Assembly: GCA_034666725.1 (NCBI GenBank)
Contig: JAXDLE010000011.1
Location: forward strand, 1-53,407
From: Chloroflexota bacterium
GTDB lineage: Bacteria > Chloroflexota > Limnocylindria > Limnocylindrales > CSP1-4
Direction: 5' to 3'
Length of the DNA: 53,407 bases
The notes beneath the pieces were generated by a model. The model saw nothing but the letters and a program-made list of their open reading frames with translations, was not told where the DNA came from and did no database searches. This document shows, one piece after another, positions 52,580 through 53,407 of the stretch. Positions within the stretch are counted from its first letter, which is position 1; each line of letters opens with the position of its first letter. Made by a program: the position numbers and the translations under genes.

Positions 52580-53337
52580 TAGCCGATCAGGTAGACCACC
52601 GCGACGTCGATCGTCAGCTCGGCAGTGCCGGGCTGAATGGGTGTCGGGACACCGGCGCCGTCCTCGGCCAGACCACGGCCGAACCACGGCCACGGGGTCG
52701 AGGTGGTCTCTGAGATCGAGGCCACACCGGTGATGGTCACGCCGGCCGCGGCGGCAAGCGTGTCGGCTCGGGCACGCGCGTCACGTACTGCGGCCTCGCG
52801 CGCATCACGCTCAGCAGCAGCCCGGTCGGCGACGTCGAAGGAAACGCCCTGGACGTCGGTCGCACCGGCGCCCACCGACAGGTCGATGACATCGGCCAGT
52901 TTGGAGAGGTCGCGCACGTGGACGCTGATGACGTTGCTGATCTGGTAGCCGGTGATGCGCTGCGCGCCGCTGTAGTCGTAGATCGGCGAGACATACAGCT
53001 GCGTGGTCTTGATGTCAGCGTCGGCAATGCCGAGGCTCTTCAGCGCGGCGATGACCGCGGCCATGACAGCCGCCGCCTCATCGCGCGCGGTCGCGACCTT
53101 GTCGCGCTGGATGGTCACGCCCAGGCTGACGTCGGCGACATCAGGGATGAGCACGACCTTGCCCGAGCCGTTGACCGAGATCGTGTGCTCGGACGGATTG
53201 CCGTTGGGGTTGGCCGGGATCGGCGAGGCACCGAGGGCGGGGCCGGCGACGATGCCGACGAACAGCCCGGCGGTCGCCGCGAGCGCGACCCATGAGCGCA
53301 GCTCCGAGCCGGAGATGCGCGTCTTGACGGATGCCAT
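52579..53337 (-). CDS. SIMPL-domain (DUF541) exported protein
   Basis: ATG start ~8 nt after AAGGAG. It has a signal peptide. 'ISVNGSGKVVLIPDVADVSLGV...ITGYQISNVISVHVRDLSKLADVID...' is the SIMPL/26-kDa periplasmic immunogenic protein pattern. Confidence 0.8.
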   Translation of the reverse strand: MASVKTRISGSELRSWVALAATAGLFVGIVAGPALGASPIPANPNGNPSEHTISVNGSGKVVLIPDVADVSLGVTIQRDKVATARDEAAAVMAAVIAALKSLGIADADIKTTQLYVSPIYDYSGAQRITGYQISNVISVHVRDLSKLADVIDLSVGAGATDVQGVSFDVADRAAAERDAREAAVRDARARADTLAAAAGVTITGVASISETTSTPWPWFGRGLAEDGAGVPTPIQPGTAELTIDVAVVYLIG

Positions 53338-53348
53338 TTGGGAATCTC

Positions 53349-53407
53349 CTTGGTGGCGCTTGAAAGCGCGCCGCTAATGCTTGGTGGCGCGTGACGCGCG
53401 CCGCTTA
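53349..53407. repeat. Two 28-nt direct repeats (31-nt period), each an internal palindrome, upstream of the SIMPL gene and truncated by the window end
   Basis: The copies are cttggtggcgcttgaaagcgcgccgcta (53349-53376) and cttggtggcgcgtgacgcgcgccgctta (53380-53407). Confidence 0.8.

Noticed and set aside
52416-52733. 105-aa ORF starting in the purine-rich 'gaggtgaggaggaaaggagg' tract
   Set aside because: It overlaps the 3' end of the well-supported SIMPL gene on the other strand. The two copies of the intergenic repeat are read in different frames, so the repeat is not coding. No start codon lies at a proper distance from the SD-like tract.

Overview
This is 53.4 kb of high-G+C bacterial chromosome. 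Hand counts of ordinary 60-nt lines give about 60-72 % G+C. Codons are GC3-rich, GTG/TTG starts are common, and 1-4 nt start/stop overlaps are frequent. Antisense 'shadow' ORFs are abundant. The gene repertoire looks Actinomycetota/Chloroflexota-like. I can support about 57 protein-coding genes, one decayed type I restriction-modification pseudogene, a few hairpin terminators and several repeat families. I recognise no rRNA, tRNA, CRISPR array, transposase or integrase. Core content includes class II ribonucleotide reductase NrdJ, a DEAD-box helicase, CspA, a PPi-type phosphofructokinase, CcsA, GlgC, adenosine deaminase, NAPRTase, a Nudix hydrolase and ABC transporters. Nucleotide second-messenger enzymes are unusually dense: three class III cyclase-domain proteins (two are cyclase-STAND ATPase-TPR giants) and a GAF-GGDEF cyclase. 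Four things stand out. (i) A ~3.8 kb low-G+C island (about 8.29-12.13 kb) carries a type I R-M deletion scar, a DUF4429/SHOCT protein and a tightly packed three-gene operon (TIGR04255-like protein plus two unknowns). This operon is my best candidate for an undescribed accessory or defence-type module. (ii) A diverged 185-bp tandem duplication between a GNAT gene and nrdJ contains four copies of a 19-nt hairpin with compensatory substitutions. (iii) A 28-codon micro-ORF ending in Trp-Trp-stop, followed by three strong stem-loops, sits in front of a DUF5317/GGDEF operon. (iv) A methyltransferase / Zn-ribbon-cyclase-STAND-TPR / GNAT operon is translationally coupled. All family assignments come from motif recall only; no searches were run.
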